Assembly: GCA_001949185.1 (NCBI GenBank)
Contig: BDGG01000002.1
Coordinates: 961,481-1,025,480, forward strand
Reading direction: 5' to 3'
Origin: Ramazzottius varieornatus
Lineage: Eukaryota; Animalia; Tardigrada
Length of the DNA: 64,000 nucleotides
The position numbers were made by a program, and so were the translations under genes. The notes beneath the pieces were generated by a model. The model had not been told where the DNA came from. It saw only the letters and a list, made by a program, of their open reading frames with translations, and did not search any database. This document shows, piece by piece, positions 49,982 through 61,275 of the stretch (positions within the stretch are counted from its first letter, which is position 1; each line of letters starts with the position of its first letter).

Positions 49982-51953
49982 ATGAAAAGATTTGACTTGT
50001 CGGGTTTGCCCGTCGTACTCTTCTGCACGACCATGTTTGCATCTAGTCTGTCTGATAGAATATTGGATCAGCACATGAACGCCGATCCAGAGGAGCAATC
50101 ATCTGATCAGAGATTCAGACGCCAAGTATTTCCTTGTACGTTAAGTAACGGCCGCAAACGTCTCGGTAACCGACCGATTTCATTCTGGGAGGAACTAAAC
50201 GGGATCTTCCTTTGTAGTACTAGCAGTGCAAACCTACCTGAACATCGAGTGTAATGCAACCGTGATAGCTGTCTGCGCGTCCAATGGTCCGGGCTCATGC
50301 CCGTTCGGGTTCATCGGCAAAGCTAATGTTAGTCGGTGCGGACCGGCCACAGTACAACACTTCCAAGCTACTGGGAACATTGCCGGTGAGTTCCTTCGCT
50401 ATCTGTTTTACGAGCGAAGGGGAAAACAAACGCTTGTCTGGTGGTCAAATGTTGAATCTCAACACCTTGAGCACGGGGCGGGAAACTCACTTTCCTGGCG
50501 CACACTAGTTTCTATGTACGTAGTGAGATTCCAGCTTAACTGCAACTAATGGCCACTGGACGGTGACTCTGAAAAACTGCCTGGAATTTTTTCCCTTCTC
50601 GAGGAAATTTTGTCGTAGCCAGCCAATTTTCGTTGAGCCAAGCTCTCGGTTGGCTCAAAAGTCTCTAAAAAAAAGTGTAGCTCTAGATCAAACATTTTCG
50701 TATCTTGATAGAATCTTAGATGTGAAAAAAGAGTGTTCAACAAGAAACTATGAAGGTGCAACTTGTTGAAATGGTAAGTGGCGCACTGTACATCAGATTC
50801 CCGAAGTCTGGCAAATCGAAAAGGTGGTGATTGGTCGAATTGGGCACCGCCCGTCACCTCAACCAGTTAAAATGAGGCGGAAGTGAGTTTCCCAACTCGT
50901 ATTGTGGAAGCACGAGGTCGCGTCGTGCTCAAGGTGTCAAAAGCTGAGAAACCTTTCAAGTTGGTCGCGCCAGTTGAACTGTTATGCGACAGTACGTCTC
51001 GGAGGATTCTCCCATCTCGCGGTTTCACCTCATGCGCAACGTCAAAACTGCTTCCTTGCTGGGTGATCCTGCTACGAGTACGTGCATCTATTAATGGCAA
51101 CATGTGCCACATGATCACTGGCAGGGATACTTTCTTGACAATGTATGTTCAGTGCCACGAACTGCCGAAAGGAACGACCAGCCCTGACGTGTGTTTGTTT
51201 GTGTAAGGCTCAAACCACGCGCTGGCTATTCCCTGAATCGTCTCACAATAGGAAACCTATGGTTTCACGCTGTGATACTGTATTGTACAAATGGGGACCC
51301 AGTCTGATAACTGTCTCAGCTCAGCATCAGTTCCTGATTGTCCGTTGTACTTAGGTGCTTGTTGTACGAATGATCCTATGGGAGTGCTTTCTACCACGTC
51401 ACGTACTACCGGTAAAACCGTTCAGTAAAAACGTTGCAGCTGACGTTTGTGAATAATATCGGAGTTTTCGCCTTTTACAGCCACAGCGCCTTCCACCGTT
51501 ACACGGTACCTCGCCTATCCTCCATATCCTGCGAACCCGCAATATCCCATGGATAGCGATCCTCGGCAGTCATACGATCCGTCCTCCTATTCAGCTCCGG
51601 CATATTACCAGCCGGAAGGACCATACATGCCGCCGTACGACCCTCCACCAGGTAGCTATCGCGCCCCATTCACAGCGCCGTTCTTCGTTCCCCAATTAAG
51701 CGACCCACCTGCACCGGTATCTCACACACCAGCGCCTCAAATGCCACCGATGAACCCATACACTACACCACCTCCCTACACAACAGCGCCTCGTTACACG
51801 ATACCTGCCCCTTATGCCACTCGACCACCTTACGCAGCCCGAGAGGTCAACAACCAACAGCCAAATTTAAGCATGAGGTGTGCGTGGCACAACAGCAACT
51901 GGCGATGTGTGGTACCAGTAGCTTCACGCTCCCGCGCCATTTCCTTACTGTAG
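49982..51953 (+). CDS. 6-Cys family gene 3: divergent member with a Pro/Tyr-rich tail and a 2-Cys C-terminus
   Basis: Exons 49982-50135, 50218-50385, 51355-51411 and 51481-51953. RFRR|QVFPLLAVQTYLNIECNATVIAVCASNGPGSCPFGF...CGPAT...GACC. Confidence 0.85.
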
Positions 51954-52906
51954 CTCTAAACTGGAAATGGTTCCAGCCCTGTTCTCCTTGCTCCAATAAG
52001 ATCCTCAAGAAGTACACACAGTATTTTTCTGGTACGAGGACCTTTGAAGTCCGTGAGACTAGGAGAATTTCTGCCAACCATTATTTCCTTTACTCGTCTT
52101 AAATCGCCAAGATGAAAAATTTGGCAAGAGAGCCTTAGAGAAAAAGGTAGATCAGGCAACAAATAGCACAGATCGCTACAACAAACAACTATCGATATTC
52201 TTCTTACACCATTCAAAATTTCTCACATCCAGTTTTGTTATGTAACGTCTATAAGCAGATAGGCTAAGGCAGTCAGATACAGAAGGGGGAAAAAGGCGAT
52301 CATTGACAAGAGAAGAAGCTACGTATGCAAAGGAATCAGCAGAGACTTTCAAGATATCTTTCTCTTTCAGCGTCGTTGTGGGCTTCATCCTGAAACGATG
52401 GTCGCATCCGGCCCTCAATGCTGTAAAGCGCCAAGTTTCCTAAAGATAGTACGTTGCTGTAAATCCCAATATGAGTGTACAGGCGGCAGTATAATACATG
52501 GATACTTTATTCTAGTTGTTCGATTCGACAAACATCAGTTTTGATTACTGCACGCTCTATCGACACAATCTTATGTAAATTTTCTTACCAATGGTTTTCA
52601 TTCATTGAATAAAAATCGTGTGGATCTGCTCGTCGATGCTCGTTATCGAGCCCATGCCAGCGTAATCAGTAATGAAAAGAAAGACTTTGTAATGGATGAA
52701 AAACCGTCAGAAACGAACGCTTTGCAAGCTCTTTGGCCCGATTACGAGGTTCGAGATTCGCTCATCAGCCTGCAGTACAAAATGTAAAATTTCAAAATTG
52801 CATAACGCGATTGGAAAACTTCTACCTGTGACAGTGTAAACGTATTTCGTCAAGGCTTCTCATCGAAGTTTTGATCCAGGACCTTGTAGTTTTTCCGGCA
52901 GCCAGA

Positions 52907-54117
52907 ATGATATATTTTATGCGGATATCGACTTTTGTGGTGTTACTGCTGGTTCATACCTGTTCGGTTCAGTCTGGAGACCTTGAACTCCCTCACAGAA
53001 ATAAGCGCGCTGTCTTCCCATGTAAGTTACTCTCATTGTGCTCCATTTTTACTACAAGCTCACGAATTTAAACTTTTGGGATCTAGTTACTTTTGGAGAC
53101 ACCATCTTGGATATACAATGCTCGGCCAACGCCGTCACGGTCTGCGCACCGAATGGTGCTTCCTCTTGCCCAATTGGCTACACAGGCAAGGCCAATGTGG
53201 GTGCGTGTGGCTTCGCCACCCTCCAGCTCTATCTTACGACTGGAAACCTAGCAGGTAAGGTTAAAGTTCAGACAACACACGAGCAATGCTGTGCAGTTTT
53301 CGGTTACAGGGACCTGCTGTGTGCTGGATCCAGCTGCTGTTGTAACAACGTCCGCTCCGCCCGCATGTATGACCTTCAAATTCCCTTTTTCCTCAGTTAC
53401 AGATGCATTTGCATCTTGCTCAATTTGACTGAACGCTTCTTGGCTTTAGCTACACCAAACATTGTAATACCTCAAATCGTGGCATACCCAGTCTACGTTC
53501 AGTACCCATACGGGCCGAACCAGGCAGCAAATTCCTACTCATACCCTACTGACGCCAAGCCGTTTCTCCTACCAACGTACGACAAGCCGCAACCACCCTA
53601 CGCCAGTGCGCCAGCCACTTACCAGGCACCGCCAGAATACGCCACCCCTGCCCCTTACGCCCCCGCGCCATACGTTCTTGCGCCCAGTTACGACTACCCA
53701 ACACCCTACGCCACACCCGCACCGTATGCTCCACCCCCCACCTACGCACCGGCACCCGTCTATCGGACACCCGCGCCAACCTATGCTCCGGCGCCTGTCT
53801 ACCAGACATCTGCTCCAGCATATCAACCACCCGCCCCTGCTCCGACCTACTACAGCCCGGCACCAGCACCCATATATCATCCACCTGCATACCAACCAGC
53901 GCCTGCGTATCAGCCACCTGCATACCAAGCGCCCTACGTAGCACCGCCTTACGCCACTCCGGCCCTGTACATGGCCCCTCCCCTCCCTGCCACCTACATG
54001 TATGCGGCCCCGCGTGTGGGCTTGCCGCCGTCGAGTTACATGGACCGCAGTAGCGGAATAACGTTCGGGTCACAAGAAGAACTTGAAGAATTTCAACGAG
54101 CTTCAAAAAATCTGTGA
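52907..54117 (+). CDS. 6-Cys family gene 4: secreted, with a YA(T/P)PAP-repeat tail
   Basis: Exons 52907-53021, 53087-53254, 53310-53366 and 53450-54117. RNKR|AVFPFTFGDTILDIQC...TCC; NIVIPQIVAYPVYVQYPY; C-terminal DRSSGITFGSQEELEEF; AATAAA at ~54271. Confidence 0.9.
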
Positions 54118-55128
54118 TGAAAAGCCAGTGGAGTCGCAACGAAGGCTCGCGTGCTTGAACAAGTAATTTCGTTAAGTGGAGCAATGAATCGACGTTCGTC
54201 GAACGCGGAGATGAATCTCGGCTGGCCGAGTTCTCACACACGTTCAGTTTCTACAACCTATTTCTGTCAAAATAAATTATATTGACCGATGCCATTGTTT
54301 CCACCCACATGTCAGAAACTGGAATCGTAAACGACGTTCACAGATGCAGACCCGCCGTTATCGGCAAACTGTCCGTAGCAGTTCAGGTCGGAAGTCGATA
54401 AGCGGCTGTCAGAGAAAAAGCTTAAAGAGCGTGAGCCTTGCTACAAATGACGCTGAAGAATCGAAGCCTCGAATTTGTCATATTATACAAGAAGAGAAGG
54501 CTGTGTGGCGTTGTACAGCCGCTCGCATTTGTAGCCTAAGCGCGCGGACCATTTGCCAGCCCACAGCCATTGAAGCGTTACCTCTCGACCCATTAAGATA
54601 CTGTACGTCGTGAGAGAATATCTAATCAGCCATGGACAGCATCTTTGCGGCTCTTCTGCATGGTGAATGCTGAAAAGGAAGTGCATGTTGCGCTATTCGG
54701 CCAAGACAAGAAGGTCTGTAATAGCTAGCTAGCGCTCTGTCCGAACACCAGCGGCACAATCACCATGCCATCCCATCCGACACATCATCACGACTGGCCA
54801 TGGCTATCTTGACTTGACATTGACTAATAACCTATCTGCCGCATCAAAAAGACCTCCGTATCTGGCTACAGTACATGACGGCGAATTCATAATTTCGGCG
54901 GTTGTCGAGGCGGTTCATTGTTACATCTACCTCTCTTTCTCTCGGCATTACACGGCTGCTGCGGGACGGCGAGCTGTATTCATCTGGCCTGTCTTGACAT
55001 CATTGTTCTTTTGCTGGCTGGAATATATTGGATGTCGAGACCATAAGAGGCGGCCCTTGATAGAGGCGTATACCAGCCTGTGGATAGTCCCTTGCTTGGA
55101 CTGATCTCCCTTTATCCTCTTTTTTATA

Positions 55129-58100
55129 ATGGTCTCAAGGTTCCTCCGCCCAGTTCTCCTGCTGGGTTTCCTGCTTGTTGCGACCGCAGCAGAGGTTAAC
55201 CAGAAGCGTAGCAAGCGAGCTGTGTTTCCATGTAAGAACTTTCTGGAAAATCTATGATGAAGCTTACATCTGCCTTTTCAATAGTTTGCGAAAGATTTCG
55301 CTAGAGCCACATGCAGTAAATGGGACGCCGGTAACTGACTCATATATCCGTTTTTCCAAGAGGCGCACACATTCGGCCAACACGTACCAATAAGTGCGCC
55401 ACTTTAGATGATAGTCACTGTGCAGTTTATTTGCCGACGTCCCAGACAAAACCTTACCGACAAATCCGACCTTCACCTTTGAAATAATCTGGAATTAAAT
55501 TTAAGGAAATCTGTGAACCCAGTTCTTAAACTAACGTTTCCTTTGGGTTTCTGTTGTAGTCGTACTTGGTCAGAGCATATTAGATATTCAGTGTAGAGCA
55601 GGAGCAATAACGGTCTGTGCTCCCGACGGACCAAATGCCTGTCCCACCAACTACAAGACCAACATCCCCAACGTGGGAGCATGTGGTTTTGCTACTCTCC
55701 AACGGTATCTGACTACCGGCGACGTCTCAGGCAAGAAAAACCTTCAGACTATACAACCGAGAAATAGTCTGCACTGTATTTTGATTTTTTATGAACATAA
55801 AGATACCTTTCAGGGACATGCTGCATTTTCGACACCACCACTGCCACCACTGTCTCCCGTAAGCATCGTTTCATTGTAGCGGTAGTTGTATGGTGTACTT
55901 GAGATCAACTATTACGGATGGCGTTTGCAGCGACGGCCACTTCTACTGGAGTTAACATCATCCTGCCGCAGATTGTCGCCTACCCTGTTTACGCCCAATA
56001 CCCGTTCGCTATTGGCAACAGCAGTTCTAGTAGTGGTGGTTCTACCAGTTCCTTTGGCGGTTCTACCAGTTCCTTAGGCGTTTCTAGTGGCGGGCGTTCT
56101 GATGATCAGGACGATGGTCTGCAATTTAGCTCTGCCGAAGAAGCCAGCGAATACGAGCAAGAACAGAAAGCTGAAGCTCGCCAGTATGGTGGTGGCTCAC
56201 CATCCTACGGTTCAAGTTACCCCGCATCGCCAGCAGCCTCTTACGGTGGTAGCTCGCCGTCTTACGGCTCTCCACCGAGTTACGCCGCCAGTCCTGCCAG
56301 CAACTACGGATCGTACGGAGGCAACAACATGGTTATGGGGACCAATAATATGGCCACGGTTATGGGTACCACCAATATGGCCACGGGAACCACCAGCATC
56401 ACCGCCAATGGCCAAGCTGTCTACAACCCAGTCAACTTGGCCTACCCGCCCTTGTTGAGATTGACTAGCATTCCCGTCCCTGCCGGCAGCGGTTTCAGCG
56501 CTTTTCCACCAGCACTGAACGTCCAGGTTCTGGGCAGCAGCACTCCCATGGTCAACGCACTGCAGTCACTTTTGGTTCAGCTCTTCGGTAAATACTTGAA
56601 AAAATATTTGCGCTGATTTGTGGATTCTTCCGAGGAGTGCTTTTGCGTCCGATAATCTTCTGCAATCACAAAAACTAATCGACATCAGTCCAACGTTTAG
56701 GTGGCGCTTTTCTACGATATTTTTCTGGTTTGTTGGGATAAGACTGAAGGCAGGAGGGGGTTGTGACTGATGTAAAGGCTAACAGTCTTGATTGGTTTTG
56801 CAGCAATCAGTGGCGTGTCATCCACCACTATCGCCGGTTGCCAGAACGCTTTGATCATCACTCAGAGCACTCCGGGTTTCACGGCGCAAATGGAGGCCGC
56901 TATCCAGGTTTGTCTGACTGCCGCTCGAGGCGTTTCCGGTACCAACGCAGCTGTGACCGCCATCATCACTGCCATCAATGGCTTGCTAGCCTCCGGTCCT
57001 CTCTCCAACACCGCCAGCGCTACCGCCACCGTTAACGGAGCCACGGTCAGTCTGACGGGGACGGCCTGTTCCAGCCAAGCCATTGACCTGCCAGCTTCCA
57101 TCATCGATTTCATCCGTTTCACTCGCCTGCTGCAGCGCAGCACGGTGTCGCCTGCCGCCGTCAACGGTATCGCCTCCTTCACATCCAACTTTGCCCTCTC
57201 GCCCATCCTCACTTCCAACGCCGTGTCGACCCTCAACCCCCTGCTGCTGACCATCGCTTCCAGCACGGGACTGAGCTCGGACTTGTCATCCACCACCACC
57301 AACCTGCGCATTGCCCTGGCCTCCTACCAAGCCTATACGGCGCAGACCAACACCGTCGTCTTGATCAAGACACTTTACCAACTGGCCGGGCAGAACAACT
57401 CGGACCTGGCACCCAACGTCTTGGGAGGTCTGGGCGCTCTGGTGGCACTGACCGCTGGTTTGAACGGTGTCCCCACCAATCTGGCTGATCAAGTGGCGAC
57501 CACCGCTCGCTTTGTCGCAGAGTCGGCCAACACTCCGCTGGTCCAAGTCATCCTTGCTCGTATCATCGAATGCCGAATGAGACCATCGTGTTGCAACGGT
57601 AACGGTGGAGTTTCAGCCTCTACTACCACTAGCACGACCATGACTATGCCTACGTCTACCTCCGCACCCAGCTATGGCTACATCTCCAACGCACCAGCCA
57701 CCCCGAGTTACGCTAGCTATGGATCGTCTTCGGGTTACGGAAGCCCATCACCTTCCAACTACGGAGCCGCACCTGCTTCCAGTGTCAGCTATGGCGGCTC
57801 GTCTGGCTACGCAAGCCCCTCGCCCGCTCCATCGCCTTCTCCAAGCTACGGTGGTGGCTCCTCCTACTCTCCTTCTCCATCGCCGTCTCCAAGCTATGGT
57901 GGAGGCTCTTCTTATTCTCCATCGCCTTCTCCTTCGCCGAGCTACGGTGGAGGTTCCTCGTACTCACCATCTCCTTCGCCAAGCTACGGAAGCCCGCCAG
58001 CTTCCCACGGAGGTGGCAGTGGTGGGTATGGTGCGAGCGGAGGTGGCGGCGCCATGGCTGGCCAGGCAAGTAACAGCAACACCAACTATCCTAGCTTGGC

Positions 58101-61100
58101 TGTCAATCAGTCGGCCACTGTCGTCCGCACGCAAAACTTCAACAACAGCTTCCCGCAGTACTTGCCCGTCTACCCAGTTCTGCCTTTTGTCGGCGGTGCA
58201 GCGGTAAGTCTGACACCAGTTTATTGCGGTTCTCCCTTCGGTCGTCATCCTCTAGTCTTGCACTGATTGTTCCACGCTTCACACTTTTCTCTTTGATGAT
58301 TTAGGGCTCTGGTGCCGCTGGTGCCGGTGGTGCCGTCCTGACAATCCCTGCTTCCAACAACAGCGCCTACAATTACGGTTATCCGCTGAACCTTCCTCAG
58401 TACCCCGTTCTCCCCTACTACGTTCAGGTCCGTTGCGACCTCTAGCCTCACGGATTGACAGCCTTGCCTTCGCTTTATGACAAAAGAATGCACATCGAAT
58501 ATTCATTTCTCGGTCCCGATCAACTAACTCAGTTCCTTTGTTATAGCAATCATCTGGTGGAATGACTGGCATGGGCGGAGCCAACAGCGGATATGGCTCA
58601 AACACAGCCTCCTACGGTTCCAGTTACAGCTATGCCTCGCCCTCCCCGTCGCCATCGCCTTCGTACGGTGGTTCTTCCAGCTATGGCTCACCCACACCCC
58701 CGACATCCACATCGTATGGTGCTTCTGGATATGCTGCCTCCTCGGGCTCCGGTATGGGCTCGTCTTACGGTGGATCATCTGGTTATGGATCGCCCGCAAT
58801 GTCCACAACCGCCCCAGCTACCTATGGAGGTTCATCTGGGTACGGTGCCGCCGCCTCGGGCTCTGGTTCGGCATACGGGGGATCGTCTGGCTACGGATCG
58901 CCCGCCACTTCAACACCTGCTCCCGCTTACGGTGGGTAAAGAAACAAAACTTTTTGGCCCAGCCAGAACCGTAGTGTTCGTTTCTCAGCGTGTACTTACG
59001 ACGTCAAACGTTCTGTTTTCATATTGTTGTTTCAATGTTGGTTTATCAAATAGATCCAAAGGTACCATTTTTCGCCTTTGTCTGGGGTGTTCAAAGATTT
59101 GATGAGAAGTTAAAAATTGTTGGACGTCTGAACGAGTGGTACAAATAAACGAATAAACTGAGAAACGAACACTACAATGCTGGCTGGTAAAATTAAGTGC
59201 TACTTCAGACACCAGGTCAGACATTATTTTCCGTCATCCATGCTCTTGTTGAAACTGCTAAAACTGAAGTAACTGCGACGCTCGTGTTTGAGACACCCTG
59301 CTGCTTCTGTATGTTTTTGATGTATACGGAAGGCATCTTTCTGGCAGGTGGCTCTTCAAGCTACGGTTCGAACACTGGCTCGAACTATGGTTCACCGTCT
59401 AACCAGGGACAGGCATCGTACGGAGGCTCGTCCGGTTACGGCTCCAGCATGAACGCAGGGCCAGGCTCAGGAATGGTCGTTGCCGCGCCCGCTCCAACAC
59501 CAGCACCCGCGCCAGCTCCAGGACCTAGTGGAGTAAGCCCTGGTCCTGCCACCGCTTCACCAGCTCCGCCGGTTTCCCTGCCTCCCGTCACTGCACCATC
59601 AACACTACCTCCTCCTCAGTCGACAGCATCCACGATGATGACCACTGCCTCGTTCAACCGAACTGCCACCTGGGGTAAACTTTACACTTTACAGCGCCTC
59701 CCGACTCACTCAACTTCCAGATGCCGGAGAACGTTGATATAGTGATCTTCTTTCTTCAGGTCCGTTTCCCGCCAGCGATGTAGCCGTTCCTCAGTCCAAG
59801 AACCTCGATCAATGCGGTATCCCACACGCCACCCAGGAAGGCGACATCGCTTTCCTGATGGCCAACGCCCAAAAAGGGCCGCGCATGAACATCTATCGAT
59901 CGAAACGTGCCTCGTCTGGTCGCGAAGCCCGAGTGACCAACAGCATGGTGGCCAAGGACATGGAAGTTTGCTGGATGGTGATTATTTTGTCCATTCTCTT
60001 CCTGTTATATGAAAGTGCAAATGTCCAAAGGACCAACCCGCTTATATTACCAACCGATGTGTTTCACCCGGACATTTACAGTCCTCCTTCTACATTTTAG
60101 GCCGCTATCCTCTTGGATGGAAAATACCAGTCCGGTGCTTCCATCGTTTCCGAATGGTTCGTTCTGACAGCTGCGCACGAGATCGACGGGTAGAAATCGA
60201 ATGACTTTGCGCTTTATCTGGACTGAATATCCCATGTTTTTGCTGGTGCTTGCAGACGTGATATCAGCCGTCTTCGAGTCCGCGTAGGTGACATCGACGT
60301 CCGACAAGGCTCCTTGGACAAGGACGAGCGCGTCGGATGTATCCAAGATATTACAGTCGACAAGGTCTTCCTCCACCCTGACTTTGACCGAAAGACCCTG
60401 TCCAGTGATATCGGTCTCCTCCGTTTGAAGGAGCCCATTAACCTCAACTCGCCCTGTGTCTGCAAAGTCTGCCTGCAAGAAGAAGCTCCCCAAGAAGGCG
60501 AGACCTGTATCGTCTCCGGTTATGGCTCTACCCGCACTGTCGACCCATCGCAGACCAAATCCGAGGAAGAAGCCTTCGCCCTCTGTAAGTTTCTTATCCA
60601 CAAGGATGAACAGCGACGTCGTGAAGAAATCCTCTCAGATGCTTATTTCAAGCGGCGCACGTTCATATCGTTACTGTCTGACAGCATGTGCCCCGTGGGA
60701 GGACGATCTTCTCGACTTTGATGGTTATTTCAAGTGGCGCACGCTTACAGTAATAGGGGCCGCAATTTTGCGTCACTTTTGGAAAAAACAATCGAGTGAA
60801 TTTATTTGCCGACGTTCCATCTATTCAGACCATATAAGCTGCTTCATAATTATACTTTTGTTTTACCTCAGCTGGACCTAACGCCGAGATCCTCCGATAC
60901 GCCGGTATTCCCGTCGTGGCCAACGACGTCTGCTCTGCTGCCTTTAAGAACGACAAACTGGCACCCAGACTGAAAGCACCGTTTGGCGTTCTCGATGACA
61001 CTCAAGTGTGCGCTGGTGGTATCTCGCAACGAGATGCTTGTTATGGTGACGGAGGTTCTCCATTGTAAGTAGAGCATGTCAAATGTACGGTTAGACGGTG

Positions 61101-61275
61101 GTGATAACGCTTCTTTCTCTTCTGCAGGGTATGCTACAATGGAAGGAGTTTCTACCAAGCCGGTGTTGTGTCATATGGTCGAGGTTGCGGTAAAGCCCTG
61201 ATGGCCGCCGTCTACGGTAGCGTAACAGCAGCAGCGCCTTGGATCAACGAGGCGATCATAACAGAAAAGCCATAA
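55129..61275 (+). CDS. 6-Cys family gene 5: large masquerade/PPAF-like serine protease homologue (catalytic Ser replaced by Gly)
   Basis: Phase-compatible exons 55129-55231, 55560-55730, 55814-55858, 55931-56587, 56804-58203, ~58305-58427, 58547-58931, 59348-59673, 59760-59977, 60101-60189, 60256-60584, 60872-61064 and 61128-61275. Trypsin-fold motifs VLTAAHE, SSDIGLLRL, CIVSGYG, VCAGG..RDACYGDGGSPLVC and QAGVVSYGRGCG. Confidence 0.88.
57810..57995 (+). repeat. Coding tandem repeat with a 42-bp unit encoding SPSPSPSYGGGSSY
   Basis: Three to four consecutive units with synonymous variation in ORF 56788-58266; related SYGGSSGYG units at 58600-58930. Confidence 0.85.

Larger units (their letters stand above)
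8575..60778. repeat. Dispersed dyad motif AAGTGGCGCAC-N24/25-GTGCGCCACTT, at least 17 copies (span gives first to last copy)
   Basis: Copies start at 8575, 9282, 10602 (degenerate), 11447, 11527, 14712, 14794, 14877, 17178, 17260, 26125, 26193, 33714, 43684, 55358, 60650 and 60732. A longer-spacer copy is at 43761. Half or degenerate sites are at 5514, 9249, 42880 and 50776. Confidence 0.9.

Noticed and set aside
53546-58808. Long antisense and alternative-frame ORFs over genes 4 and 5
   Set aside because: By-products of low-complexity Pro/Ser/Gly codons that lack stops.
35983-61275. Protocadherin-like locus with variable 5' cassettes spliced to a constant protease domain
   Set aside because: Genes 1-4 each end in their own stop codon (gene 4 with AATAAA), and nothing in the sequence requires splicing to the protease exons. 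Only long-read cDNA could revive the idea.
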